Shown piece after piece: positions 36,101-47,280 of a stretch of 64,000 nt of DNA. The notes beneath the pieces are model-generated. The model worked only from the letters and a program-made list of their open reading frames with translations. It ran no database searches and had not been told where the DNA came from. Made by a program: the position numbers and the translations under genes. The stretch spans positions 868,001 to 932,000 of the forward strand of contig LSRY02000030.1 of the NCBI GenBank assembly GCA_001643675.2. The letters are read 5' to 3'. This stretch comes from Monocercomonoides exilis PA203. Lineage: Eukaryota > Protista > Preaxostyla. Within the stretch, counting starts at the first letter, position 1, and every line of letters begins with the position of its first letter.

Positions 36101-38230
36101 GTTGATAAGGGAAGCATGATGCAGATCAGGAATTCCAAGGATGTGAGAATTGAGGCATGTGTGTTTGATGGAGAAAAAGAAATCGAGGTTATCAATGAAG
36201 AAAACAATAGAAAAGAGGGATTGTGCAAATGGAATTGGTCATTGGTTGGTGTTGAGAAGAGCAAAGTGGAGATGAGGGAAACAACGATTATGAAGAGCAA
36301 GGGAGGAGGGTTGTGGGTGAGTGGAGGGAATGTGAAGATTGAGAAAGGAGAATTTGAGAACAACAACCCATCAATTGAGGGATATCCATCAGCTCGAAGG
36401 AATGTGATTTGCGAAGGGGATGGAGAATTGGATGTTGTGAGTGTGAAAGGGGGAGATGGACTGAAAGATAACTCATCATTGTGGATATTGGATGAGGGAT
36501 GCGAATTGGGAGGGATAGCAACTGAAAGAGGATCATCATTTTTCATCCCCATTTTGGAAGAGGTAAAGAATGTTTCTCAACCAAATGGAGATGCTGAGTT
36601 GATGATTGCGGGAAAGTTGTTTCTGCCATGTGATTTGTCAGTGAAGATGAGCATGAAAAATGGAGATGAAGAGGAGATAGTGAGAAAGGGGATTGAAGAA
36701 GAAGGGTTTGTGTCAGAAAATGAGATTCACTCGGTTATTTCATGTTCAGAATGGGAGAAAGTGAGAGAAGAGACAGAAGTGAGTGTGTGGATTGTGTTTG
36801 GGAAAGCAGATTCCCCTTCATCAACAGAGCGACTTATTGTGAAGAACAGGAGTGAAAGTGTTGGAAAAGGAGATGAAAGAATTGTTGAAGGAGGGAAAGA
36901 AGTGAAATCATCATGGGCTGTTTTTTGTCTGATATTTGTTGTTTTGTTTTTGATCGTTCTGATTGGATTTATTTTGTTTGTTGTTCGGTGGAGAAAGCAA
37001 AAGAGAAGAACAAAGGAATTGGAGGAGATTGTGAATGACACAGTGAGGAAGGATCCAAAGGAATTTGAGATGGTGACAATGGAGATGTCACCAGAGGAGC
37101 AGTGGAGGAGAGCCGAGAAGGAGGCAGAGAAGAAGAATGAAGAGAGAATGAAGAAGAGGGTGTATGAGACGAACATGCAACATTCAGAGTCATCAGAGCA
37201 TTTGTTAAGTGAGTGTGGATCAACTGAATATATCCTTGGAAGAGATTCAGACAAGATTCCTCAATGGATGTTGGAGAAAGTGGATGAGGAAGAAGAAGAA
37301 GAGGAAACAAGAAAGAGAACACCATCACCATCAATTTCATCAAGTTCAACAACTGATTCAGATTCAACATTTGTTCGATCGGAGAGTCTGTGTCCAACCA
37401 CCTCATCGATGTCGAATCTGGTGGATGCAATGGCCTGCTCATCCCCTCATGAGAAGCTGATTGTAGATCTGAGAGATTCACTGTTCATGCTGCTTCATGG
37501 GAGGAATGAGAAGAAAGAGATGGCAATTGGCACTCTTCAGGAGAGGGAACAGACAGCTGCACAGATCCTGTTCTGGGTGGCCAATCTGGCACTCCATTCA
37601 TTTGACGAGATGGAAAATCCTCTTCAGTCATTATCCAGTTTGAGTCCTCACATTGTGCTGTTCTCTGAACACATGGTGATCTGCATTGTGATGCACTCTG
37701 ATCTCCTTTCTTCTGATGATTCAGACTCATCATCCATCTCTTCATCAACTGTTGTGACATCTGCTAGTGATGATGATAGTGATTCACTTCCCTCGTCTGC
37801 ATTTGAGGATGATGAATACAACAGAAAAGAGTGCCTGAGGTGGAAGGCACCAGAGCTGCTGATGAACAAGAAGATGGGAGCAACGAAGGAGTCGGTGGTA
37901 TTCTCGATTGGGATGATGTTGTGGGAGTGTTTGACATTGGAGATCCCATTTGGAGAGTATGAAGGGGAGGTGGCAGGGCAGAAGATTGTGAATGGGGAGA
38001 GGCCTGACATTGCAGCAATAAGTGGAAGCAGCTTTTCAGAAGTGTGGAAGCAAAGTGTTGGGATGGAAGCGTCAAACAGGCCTTCGCTTGTCTGGTTGAA
38101 AAGGGAGTTTTTCAAACATTTTCCGAAAGATGCAGTCATCATGACCGTGTCAGATGCCATTGACGATGAAGGAGATGATGAGCCTGGGAGTGCTGTTGAA
38201 GACACCAGTGTGACGTGGATTTCATATTGA
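30101..38230 (+). CDS. 2709-aa intronless receptor-like protein: signal-like N-terminus, Cys/Gly-rich beta-helix-like ectodomain, one TM, degenerate protein kinase C-lobe
   Basis: Repeated F..C.....GGG motifs and CG....PC motifs. TM WAVFCLIFVVLFLIVLIGFILFVVRW. C-terminal LRWKAPEL, VVFSIGMMLWE, IPF and RP match kinase subdomains VIII-XI; GxGxxG, VAxK, HRD and DFG are absent. Confidence 0.88.
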   Translation: MLSGVGMPVYSVFFLCVNLVATTGDSSWIGEKIEKEEMIKVDRNMLQINKNPSNDGLNNYEEDGGKLIDEMKRSENEGRDFHHDEEKSKEEYGREIGISKKADICQFSEIEGCLECFNSSVMEMGLILREKGTKRILIAKKGSIVSMKECILIVGKHSPPIELEGSFGSFLNISIQQNVEGLNEFPPLFTSGQFDNDISKSSIISLGESHFSSFCVSSTPFLSSHFIPLVSLSQLTFFNISSAPDSCSSPTTTSTQTTCMMNSCSFLSVCDAYDGGIVPSLNNPSASLTVSNTSFVGCSRTRNVECIGSESDKRHPERQNETTDGANSFIWCEWNGSKTTGKIDSWEDGVSSGGAINVFSSENGELFVSHCVFNGCVAYSRGGGIMCYSIRSFLIENSLFNECHAERHHGGGLYASYISLNTRISGCKFQNCNAFDYGGGLLLQLFQVSGTECIGAENWGGESTCLFDCSFSSCSVTHIYGGGIYCRHAPEQFKMRNIQFISCSAEREGGGLRIFPNQAARPSDGYYCCFLFFHECKCFINPSDGHDVMYYDRHNLFLSSGNPFYECYTTNTNEQRVCYGYWTSDWEYQNIEKKEWLKKGILNRFVSVRGGNSEEFCGANESYTCQTTGVAVIRSTTQTILMVTLMEGNHTSETTTIEIGEKKISVNGKGRTESSIGTGALSPTLALFSVTTGHLGLLHMKVDCNSNASPSPSVVFVSDGSGSLSLEDVVITTSNIGEYMISSSVFVVPLSQLSMVGVEIKDMNASEPLFTEPVLSSSSLSSSALFLTATASGESILANLSVKNVRLIEGDGVVAAKSVAEGETFVVQNVTIEDCESKNGSGGGIKVDLLSPTSKLQIDSATIKRCTSWKYGGGMMLYLADNSIDFSIVSVDFSGCSASLGGNYVFVNGSNSASWGISSSTLNVQHDESKYNELVGYDRSDTTMRLFPLNVYLDRYSDAAHVGKGKDGLGGYDSWFCGFDYYPCATITHAAQVRYPDTNKKIELDSGYELAEAVGMTDSFEWEISCATKGMEVGVKAPENFESSCLIEVLSKCSMRNITFCIPSALSGASSSSLISSNSTLLTLTDCSVVCSSENSIGYCFVNAIGGKVKVEGLVITETLRFGEHSVIEFGEGVESVVFCGCEVNNIEKSSGDGGWVSGVVGAEGDEEKNGMIVIESCVVKGCRCVGGRGGGMSVLVKREGSVVVNGSCVIDGCEAKGSEGSEGRGGGMMISVRKGGSLEMKNVKYSGCEVPREGVEEGGRGMGGGMFVKLADEMGSFVMEGMEFEGCDAWKGKNVFVSGWDLSEIANEEHLKWEIKEEELGSLDELCGWERKSTGEEGYVIPLVVYLWRNWSGDGFVSKEKGGDFSGCGYSEAPCSSIDHLISLRYPTLGEGETHISIVGSGLLSHSISFSSSISESPKVVIEGTKKGTGVTISDEDENDLSDDGSMISSNVSLSFVNVSFTKPAITTHHSVLIESSGANTLLSVSDCSFGPGRGVAESFGYCVMRVNGGSVVIERCSLSLISELKGLIAFSPSAHEVTLQNVNISFVDVTERSLISMMEEENQMNGEKKVFSNGNRPVLRVVGCSFSNITNEGIGASVIDVGSFEDGVECVVDECSMSSCKSGLSIEGGGMRVVLKSGESVLKVNGSSFSMCKCSSETGCGGGLFIDGSDPHANYGNESQIPPLNFKIVNILFVMNEAHVGKDIFVRCHSIAHQINETLFALNYNQESLNSNNSIYGRDVLSEGDVDLIPLITFYYSAQVFVNGRGSDGRGCGAQNSPCVSIDCGVGHIEEGVMNAILIDGEGFVRKECVIGDLVVNSLKKTQGIVRLNSKIEKSAEKDCVMEFVNECSVERCSFQLEDGFESAHNYLMKVKNGMTKIQECEFFSSSTTVELMKLNCSIVSVESGELKIFDSTFRDIYSTKTILSFHEESNVTIVETRISNINCEGDVVSVGGKAKVEMKEMKVENVTLLLKGCVIGMEEAEQEVSVLNSSFGRCVNSVDKGSMMQIRNSKDVRIEACVFDGEKEIEVINEENNRKEGLCKWNWSLVGVEKSKVEMRETTIMKSKGGGLWVSGGNVKIEKGEFENNNPSIEGYPSARRNVICEGDGELDVVSVKGGDGLKDNSSLWILDEGCELGGIATERGSSFFIPILEEVKNVSQPNGDAELMIAGKLFLPCDLSVKMSMKNGDEEEIVRKGIEEEGFVSENEIHSVISCSEWEKVREETEVSVWIVFGKADSPSSTERLIVKNRSESVGKGDERIVEGGKEVKSSWAVFCLIFVVLFLIVLIGFILFVVRWRKQKRRTKELEEIVNDTVRKDPKEFEMVTMEMSPEEQWRRAEKEAEKKNEERMKKRVYETNMQHSESSEHLLSECGSTEYILGRDSDKIPQWMLEKVDEEEEEEETRKRTPSPSISSSSTTDSDSTFVRSESLCPTTSSMSNLVDAMACSSPHEKLIVDLRDSLFMLLHGRNEKKEMAIGTLQEREQTAAQILFWVANLALHSFDEMENPLQSLSSLSPHIVLFSEHMVICIVMHSDLLSSDDSDSSSISSSTVVTSASDDDSDSLPSSAFEDDEYNRKECLRWKAPELLMNKKMGATKESVVFSIGMMLWECLTLEIPFGEYEGEVAGQKIVNGERPDIAAISGSSFSEVWKQSVGMEASNRPSLVWLKREFFKHFPKDAVIMTVSDAIDDEGDDEPGSAVEDTSVTWISY

Positions 38231-41200
38231 TGTTAAGATGGGTCAACTTTTTTCAAATTCAAAAGCACAGGGTTAAAAAAAGAGATGAATTGAGCAAACA
38301 CAAATCCAATAATTCAAATCGAAAATCCAAAAACATCTGAAATCAAAACAACAGGATTTTGAAAGGGAGAGGATTTGACAGTTTCGTTCAGAGGTTATGA
38401 ATTTGTTTATAATATTATTCACAAACAGTATTTTGGATTTATTATTGTTGGGGTTGAATAGCCTCAACAAGAAGAGTTTGTTTTCGTTCGTATTTAAAGT
38501 TTTCTTGTGAAGAACTCTGAAGCCATTCTTGCTGGTTGTGAATTTTTTGTTTGTGATGTTTTTGAGGTAAGTTGTTTATTGGGGATGTGATATGAGAGAT
38601 GTGAAAAGCAATCTGAATTGTGGAAATAGAAAAGCCTTTTTCTTTTTGGGTAAAGTCAGTCAATAGAAAATTTTTCATTTTCTCCTTTTTTGTTTTGAAT
38701 TTCTTTCATTTTTTTGTAACTGATCAGAGTTCGAGAAAGGCTCCTCTTTTGAACTGATTTCATGATGAAATTTTGAGTTTTTAAAGTGATTGAATTCGAA
38801 GGAGGTGAAAACTGTTGCTTTGCTGTGAAAAAGAGTATTTTGTAATTTTTTGTGTTTGTGATACGTTGAATCACTATCACGTTTTGCACAAATCTTTTTA
38901 TTGTTTATTCCCTTTTTTGTAGAAATTTTATGTTTATGAAAATGTTTGTGATTTTGAAAAAGAGTTTTCAGTTTGTTGAGATTTGTTTTTTATTCGAAAT
39001 ATATTTTTTCAGTTCATGTCAATTTGTAATTCAATTGTTAGATTTTGAGTTTTTATCAAATCAACACCTTTTGAATTTCCTTATATTTTCTCCTTTTTTG
39101 AATCATTTGTTGTTATTCATTTCTTTTTTCCCATTTATTTCAGAAATATGTATTCTTATTTTATTGGTTTGGGGCTGTGAAATGTGTTCTTATTTTGAAA
39201 GAGAATTAGATTTTTAATTGATATTAGCTGTTATCTTCTCATTTGGAGAATCATTCTTCTTTTTTGAATTTTTTTGTTTTGGAAATGAAACCAATTTTTA
39301 TTCAAAATAGCAGAAATCAGACGAACAAAATCATCATCATGCTATTCAATGAAAATAATGTTCAGTCGAGACAAGATTCAATCACGCTGTAAACAGACAC
39401 ATTTATAATAGAAACAAAAAGCTATCCAAAGAAAATGTGATTATTTCGGGTTTTGACTGAATTTCTTATTTTCACAGCAGATATGCATTTGTATTTGTTC
39501 AAATCGTTGTCTTTTATTATTTCTGAAAATGGTGAGTGTATGACAGTTTCTCATTATTTTTTCGAATCTTCCGTGAATTTTGGAAATATTTCTGAAAAAC
39601 TTGCAATATGAATATTGAATCAGACATTTTTAACTCATTAACAAAACATATATTGGAAAATGGATTTTTTTGTGTTCAAATCTCTATTGAATGATCCTAT
39701 CTTCCACTTATTCGAACTATTTTTTTTTTTTGAAGATTTCACAAGAGTCTTCTTTTTTATTCTCTTTTGTGTTTTTATCACAAATTCCTCATCACGATAA
39801 TGATCTGAAGAAATGTCCTTATAAAACAAGATTTCAAATGGAAACAAATAACGTCATCATAATGAAATTTCATTCAAAGAAAGTCCTGATACTTGTAGAG
39901 GATTGACGAATACACTTTGATGCTGAAAAAATATCATCATCCAATCAGAATAAATTTTAGAATCATATGCGCTCAGCAAAATGAAAAACACATTCTTTTT
40001 CTGTGCCACAATTGCATTCCAACTCGACTGAAACAAGACTATCATTATTCTTTCATTAAACAAGTTTACTTTCAACATTTTGATTGAAAATAACCAACTG
40101 CAGACTCTTTGTCAATTTCTTTTTCAGCTGGAATTTCACAATTTGCAGCCAAATCAGCATTCAAGAACACATTTGACTAACGTGCCTCAGCAATTCCAAT
40201 GAACCTTAGTGCCTTGGAATCTCTTTCTTTTTTAAAAAACATCTCTTCCAAAAATTTGTGTTCGAATAATAATCGATAATGAGTATTAGTTATGTTTTAT
40301 CAAATTGTTTGGTAATTTTTTTTGTCATAACTTTTTTTCGATGTGTTAATTTTTCAAAGATTGTTTGTCTTTGGAAAGAGATTATTCTTGATCTTGCTTT
40401 TTCCATCTCAACTTCAACAAAAGACTGTGTTTGAAATGTTTGTGTAACAAAACATAAAAGAAAATCATCTTTTATCTTTTTATTATTCACATTAATATAT
40501 TTTAAGTTCAATTTTTTTTCCTATTAATTTTTAAAGAATATAAATGACAATTATAACCACCACGATTAGCAGAGATTGTAAATAAAAAATCTTGAAAAGA
40601 TTTCAACAGTTAATGAACAAATTGAAAGGAAAAAAAAGAATCAATTTTAAAGAAGAAAAATAAGATGGAAATAAGGAAATAAATGGATATCGTAAACATA
40701 TTTGAAGTTTTTGAAGTGAGAGTCATTTTATTAAAAAAAATAACAAAAGAAAGGAGAATAGTTGAGAATGAATCATATTCAAAAATTAGCAATGAATCAA
40801 TAATAATAAACAATGTTTAAACGTATGAAAATGTTTGACATTCAAACTCACACTTTTTTTTCTAATTATTTCTTTGTTTTCACATTATTATTGTGAGATC
40901 AACTATAATAAACCAACAAATTTTTATGATTGAATCAATATACAATCATGATAGTTCGTCAACATCCAATTATCGAACTTATGATTTGAAAAGCATAAAA
41001 AAATAGCAACAAGTCAATGTTGAAAAAACATTGAAATTTTACTCAAATAACAACTCTATATCACAAAAACCACATTTTTCCACACCAAAAATCGAATCAA
41101 AAATCACTTGTGTATTCAATTATTGAATAACTTTTCTTTCATTTAAAATAACATATGCAAGTCGTTTCCATTTTTATTCATTGAAATTCTTTTTGTTTGA

Positions 41201-41513
41201 AATACAAAAATAACAAATTAAATCATTAATTTGATATTAATTATAGATAAAAGAGAATTAAATACTTCTCTTAATTTTTATCTGTGAATACCATACACAA
41301 AAAAGCTAAAAAAGAAAATGTTAATTACAAAATGAAAAATATAGATTTAATGTTTATGATTGTTTCATCTTTCGATTAACAATGGAGCGAACAAACAAAC
41401 GCAAGGAGCAGGTTTGCTCCTCGATAATGAGTAAAAATTTAATTTATGGGTGGTTTTGGATCTAACTTCTCCAACAATTTTATTTCTATTTCATTCCATT
41501 GTCCGCAGGCAGA

Positions 41514-42755
41514 ATGACTCAAGATACTGTTGGAATGCTAAATGGCGACAAAGAGGACAGAGGATTTGATCTTATGCACAGACTTAGGAGAGTAGAAAAT
41601 GTGATGGAAGAATTCTCTAGGAGCCAAACATAGCCAATGCAGTCCGAAGCTACTGGAATGTGGCCAATGAAGAAAGTTAAGAGGGAACTACTGGGGAGAA
41701 GAAGCAGATCGAGATCGAGCGAGTTTGAGTCGGATGTGGATTTCGGTGATCTGTTTGCGATGCGGAAACAAGGAAAACGTGAGAGATTGCATCGTTCAAT
41801 TAGCCGTACGAGAAAATGGGAAGATGAAGAGGTTAACGACTGGGATTCGGAAGAGCAAGAAGTTTAGAAAGAGAAAGGAGGAATTGAAGACTTTACCAGA
41901 ATCTTTCCCAGGGAGTGGTTGACACCTCGGAGACAGGCGAGCGAGTTGAGGAAGTTCATTGAGTTTTGAAAGGCTGGATCGTTAAGAATGAATGATGACA
42001 TACTGAACACATTTATTCCAGAGAGTGAGAAGGAATTTTTCACGGGACACACGGACTCAAGCTGGAACGCGCAAGCTAGGACAGATATTACAACAAAAGG
42101 GAGAAGAGATTCATCAAAAGCGAGCCGAGCAATCGAGCATTTCCAGCCTACCTTTGAATCGGGATTTGAATCAACGAAAGCGATCGCAGCCCTAACAACA
42201 AAAGAGCTGAAGAGAACTCACCAGTCTGTGGAGGAAAAAGAGCAATTGTGAGGACTGTTCCGTGCCTATGTTTTGACAGTTGATTGTATCAACAGAATAA
42301 ATCCATTAAATGTAATACCCCAGTCGAGCTGGGAGAGCGCGAAAGGGTTTCTTGTGGGAGAAATGATCAAGAAGGTGCCGGAGAACCTGAAGAAGCTGGA
42401 AGAGAGCACCAGCTTATTTCAAACAGAGAGAGATGCAACAGGAAACGGTGAATCTCCTGACTCCACAACAGGTTTCGGACCCACAACAGCCAGATGGGGA
42501 CTTACGAGAAGATACAGTTCGGGAAGGAGCACCCAAGGATTTGTGTACAGACAGCTCCAGAGAAGGGGATACGGAAGGAGCTTCACAGATTTCAGGGGAA
42601 AGAAGAGAACGTTACAGTTTCAGGCACAGTTCGTTCCAACCATCACAGGAAGTCCAGTCTCATTTACGGGACCATCGCCCCCAGCTCCCTCAAGGACCCA
42701 AGGAGGGACAGCAATGGAACCATCAATCGGATCCAACAAGTGGTCTCAGGAGTAG
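41514..42755 (+). pseudogene. DIRS ORF1 (gag-like)
   Basis: One frame from ATG 41514 links ORFs 41637, 41988 and 42273, with four internal stops (TAG, TAG, TGA, TGA). The gag assignment is positional. Confidence 0.6.
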
Positions 42756-45153
42756 AGTGGCAGAGGAGAGAGAGAGCAGAGAGAGAAGAGAGAGCCGCGC
42801 TTTGCCGCGAGACCGAGAGAGGAGAGAGAGCAGAGAGAGAAGAGAGAGAAGCACATTACGGAAAAATGAATATACAACGAGAAACCGTAGCTCAGGGCGA
42901 GAAGCGATCAGAGACGGAAATGCAGAAACAACAGGTGAACGTCAGAGAGACTCTGAGCTCGTTAGACCAAAAGAAGTGGAGAGAACGAGAAATCACAGGG
43001 GACTCGGCGAGAGAGATATCGATGGAAGATGTGCGACACGAGACAACGAGAACAGAAGGAGACTCCGTATATCCCCGAGTGACGAGACAGATGAGCGAGA
43101 GGGGGAACGGGAAGATAGTTTGGAAAGCTTCTGGGACTATTATCGAGCCCCCAATTGGGAGCGCCCGGGAGGGGAGCTCGAGAACAGCTATATTAGATAC
43201 TCTCGAAGGAGAAGAGAATTCACAGATGCAGGTTGACCACAAGAAATCAGAAGTGAAGGTGAGCGGAGCGATTGGATCACCGAAAGAGCCACTTCCTGGG
43301 AGACTAGTGAACAGACTGAGCGAGTGGAAGAAGATTGGGGGAGACAAACTAGTGAGCCGTGGTATAAAAGCTCGATGGAAAAGTCCCCAATCCCCAATCA
43401 AACTCGAGGAGAGAAAACACAGACAGGAGTTTTGGGGAACGATAGAAATGACGAGCAACAACTTATCCCTCTTGGAGGAGGAATGGAAGGACGGAGTGGT
43501 GAAGTCCATACAGGAGTCGGAGGTGAAGTGGTTCAACCCGACATTCATTGTGAAAAAGAAGAACGGAAAGTGGAGAAAGATCCTGGATAGCAAGGCGCAA
43601 AACGAGGAAGTGCAGGGAATGCATTTCAAGATGGATTCCCAGGAAACAGTGGTGGATCTCCTGGAGGAGAACGATTGGATGACCACTCTCGATATATCAT
43701 GCGCATACCATCATGTGAAAGTGGACGAACAGTTCAGCCCCAACCTGTGCTACAGCTTTTAGTATCAATGCTATTCCTTCGTAGGGATTCCCTTTGAAGC
43801 GAAGGATTCGCCCAGGGTATTCACAAAGATAATTAGAAGGGCAGCGTCATATACCAGAGAGAAGTGGAAAGTAAAGCTAGTAGTATATCTGGACGATATA
43901 CTCCTCATGCATCCAGACAGGGATGCATTGAGATTGATCTCACAGGAGATATCCCAGTTCCTGAGGAATCTGGGCTGGATTCTGTCGGAAGAGAAACTGA
44001 AGTTGGAACCCTCAAGGAGTGTGGAGTTTCTGGGATGGTTGTGGAACTCAGAGAAGATGTAAGTGACGCTCCAAGAAAGGAAGAGAGTGCTGCTCCTGGA
44101 GGACGTGCGAAAATGGATAGCACATGCAAAGAAAAGGAGGAGACAAAGGACGAGGGATTTAGAAGCACTCCTCGGGAGGTTGAATTTTGTGAGGTTGCAA
44201 CACCCACCAGCAAACTTGTGGATGAAGCGCATGCAATACGCGTTGAGGCAGGCGATAGCCCGCGGGGGCTGGAATGGAACGGTTATAGCCAACCCAACGT
44301 TGTTGGGAGAATTTACACATTGGAAGAAGATCCTGCAGGATAACAGACCAAGGAGCCTGAAAAGAAGGAACAGACCAGCAGAATTAACAATCAATGCGTC
44401 AGAGCTGTAATGGGGTGCAGTGCTATCAATACCGACAGAGAACAAAGAGGAGAAGATTAATGCCCACGGAAGTTGGACTCTTTAGGAAAGCAAAATGGTA
44501 ATCAACGAGAAGGAGTCCAGAGCAGTGTTGAGGACGCTAGAGAGAAAGGGAGCATGGCTGCAACAGCAGAAGATAGATCATATTCGTCTGAGGAAAGCCA
44601 ATATGTCCACGAGATGGACAATACAGAAGAAGAGGGGAGCGCCATTGCTCATTCCAACACTGAGAGTATTGGAGAAGAAACTGAACAGCCTGGCAATTAC
44701 AATACAGACGGAACACCTCCCGGGAGAACAGAACACGGAAGCAGATGCACTCAGCCGGATGGAGAGAAAGCCTGACAACGCACTGAAGGGGGAGAAAGTC
44801 GCAGAGATATTACAAACAATCGCAGCGAGAACACTAGATATTATTGCAGACCCGATTGCTACGGTGATCTGCGGAACTATTTGGAAACGATCCTCTCTGA
44901 AAAGGAAGAGAGAGAGAGAGAAATACAAGGAAACGAGATAGCACTAGTCCACACGTTCCTGAGAAACATTGGGCTGGTGTTGAAAGAGAAGATGAAGGAA
45001 GCCCAGAGGGAACAAACGATCCTGATTCTGCCAGCCTGGTGGGGGCAGACCTTAACCCCGCTACTGCAGCCTGGGCTTTTAATAACGAATCTGGGGACCT
45101 TTCAGGAGTGCATGATACCGGGAGCGAAGATGAGAAGTGAAGGCTGGAAATAA
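42494..45153 (+). pseudogene. DIRS pol: reverse transcriptase, RNase H and methyltransferase-like remnant
   Basis: RT motifs FIVKKKNGKWRKILD, TLDISCAYHHV, GIPF..KDSPRVFTK, VVYLDDIL and EFLGW. RNase H motifs INASEL*WGA, INEKE and HLPGEQNTEADALSR. MT-like tail ILILPAWWGQ. Four in-frame stops and one frameshift near 44850-44900. Confidence 0.9.
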
Positions 45154-45170
45154 CCCAGAGGAAAGGTGAT

Positions 45171-46319
45171 ATGAGTCACACTGGAGAGGAAAATATCCAA
45201 GGAAGGGACCTCTTCTTTCCATGGGGAGAATATGTGAGAGCTAAGGAAATAGCAGCAGCAATACTAAAGAATCAAAAGAGTGAAAGAGACAGGTGGAGAT
45301 CGCTGCGAAGATTCAAGCAATTCCTTGATAGAGAGAACATGGATGACGCCGACCCCCTCACAACCAAGGATGCCAAATGGATTATGGCAGAGTTTACCGA
45401 AACACTCTCGAATACCAACCTATCTAGTGGAGTGATCCATCAGACAGTTCGGAAAGAACTGGATTCTATTAACCTATTCAAAGAGACGAATATTGATGGG
45501 AAAGACGTCGAAATATTTCTAAAGACTTATGTAGTGGATAAGCCGAGAAGGGGCAAACGATACAAATCAATGCGGGACTTGACAATTATCACCAAATGAG
45601 CCGAAACCACTCACGATATGAAAGACCCACAGACCCTCCAAAGGAGGGCTCTCATTTTAACTATGATATTTGGTGCGTTAAGGCCAGTAGAGCTGGAGAG
45701 AATGAGAAGTGAGACATCGAAATTTAAAGAGGATCTAGTCCAGACACAAGTACAAACAAAGACATCAGGGGGAGAGACTGTTAAGGTTATTATAAATAAG
45801 CATCCAAACCCACGTATCGATGCGGTTGTAGCGCTCCAACGCTGGATGAATTACACAAAGACAACCTTTAGAGACGAACATGTGTGGTTCGATATAGAAG
45901 GGAGTAGAGCCGCTAACCTACAGAAGATCAAAGAAGAACTAACGGCTATTTTGAGAGAGAACGAAATTCCCGAAACTTTCACCGCGTACTCTATAAGACA
46001 CGCAGCGATTACGCACTTAGCAAGACAAGAAGGAGCGGACTGGAAGGCGATCAATGCGTATGCGAGATGGGCGCCGGGTTCGAGAGTGGACCAGGAATGC
46101 TACACCGTGTTACCGGTGGAAGACATAAATTGGATCCTGGAGACAATCGGTGGATTAGTACCCCAGAGGGGAGAAGATAACAAGCCAGATAAGAGTGGAG
46201 ATTCGAAGGAGGGGACGCTAAAGATAGCAGATGCAGATATGAAAGATCGCACAGAGGAATTACCCAAAGCGGAATTTGAAGAAGCGAAGAAACTTACGAG
46301 AAAGCGATCAAGAGGATGA
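45171..46319 (+). pseudogene. DIRS tyrosine recombinase
   Basis: ORFs 45171 and 45618 are in frame across one TGA. Motifs ALRPVEL (Arg), YSIRHAAIT (HxxR box, read as YSIR), ARWAPGS (Trp) and ECY (Tyr). Confidence 0.88.
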
Positions 46320-46701
46320 AAGAAGCTGCCGAGTGGAAAAGAAAGAAGAGGTGAAATGGCTCAGTCACGAAGCTCAACACCCCGACAACCGAGTCGCCAG
46401 AAGACACCCTCCATAATCCCCAACAGCATCAGTGAGCCTACGGGAGAGAAGGATCCAACTCCGCTGAAGAAGATAGGAAAAGATCGGAAGAGGCGTAGCG
46501 GAAGAAGTATTAGACAGATAGGAAATGACACTGAAGAGGCAATGGCCAAATCTATGTCGCCTCAAAGATATCCCAAGAGGGAGCGGGTCTTGAGCAGGAG
46601 TTCCGCATTATCACCCGCACGTTCTCAACTCATTCGCCGCACTAGATGGTGCTCGGAAGGGGTTTTTTGATCACGTGCACTGAGATATTAGGTATTTCGA
46701 G

Positions 46702-46800
46702 ACTCATTATCGAGGAGCAAACCTGCTCCTTGCGTTTGTTGATTCGCTCCATTGCGAATTGATAGAACGCAGAGAGGCAGGTTTGCTCCGAGATATTAGT
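46702..46800. repeat. DIRS internal complementary region (ICR)
   Basis: 46702-46754 is the near-perfect reverse complement of 41380-41432. 46757-46800 is the imperfect reverse complement of 47410-47456. Confidence 0.9.
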
Positions 46801-47010
46801 AATGCGGATGGAGAGACGATATGCGGAGTGGTGCGAGGGTGAGCCAGAAGGGTGTGGGGAGATGACTAGAAAAAAGGGCGAGATATAGAAAGAGAGAAAG
46901 AAAGAGTAAACGCCCGAAGTGATTAGCGTACGCCTAGAGCCTGGAAAGATACAAATAAAATGAGTAAACAAGTGTAATCAGAAGCTATCTTTCCAACACG
47001 ACAACAATTG

Positions 47011-47280
47011 TTCTTCACACAGAAGAATCAGATTGGTCTATGCAGTGCGCGATGATAGGGTTTGCTCTGCCGATGCAACAGAGGAGCGGGAGGCAGAGTC
47101 CTGCATAGACAGTTTTCTTTTCCACGCCTCGCGAAAGCGAGAGTGGTTTTTCTTTCTGCTCCAAGATTACTCGCCTCACCGGATCCCTGCACAGCCTGCA
47201 GGAGAGAGCTCCGAGGGGCAATGTCCCCTGCCCTCTGGTCTTCGTGACCAAGGCGAAAAGGCGAAGTAGGTGGTGAAGAA
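47011..47280 (+). ncRNA. Putative structured RNA domain in the DIRS 3' region (class unknown)
   Basis: Nested stems found by eye, including a GAAA-tetraloop hairpin and an 8-bp closing stem (see findings). Function and strand are not established. Confidence 0.5.

Noticed and set aside
38270-41370. Short F/I/K/L-rich ORFs and a possible decayed gene near 39300-40270
   Set aside because: AT-rich noise; no homology could be supported by eye.
42433-43236. 267-aa third-frame ORF in the DIRS element
   Set aside because: Purine-rich GA repeats keep several frames open, and no domain is recognisable.
41514-46319. TAA/TAG=Gln alternative code (as in some oxymonads) explaining the in-frame stops
   Set aside because: TGA stops also interrupt the frames, long host ORFs have no internal TAR, and several genes end in TAA.
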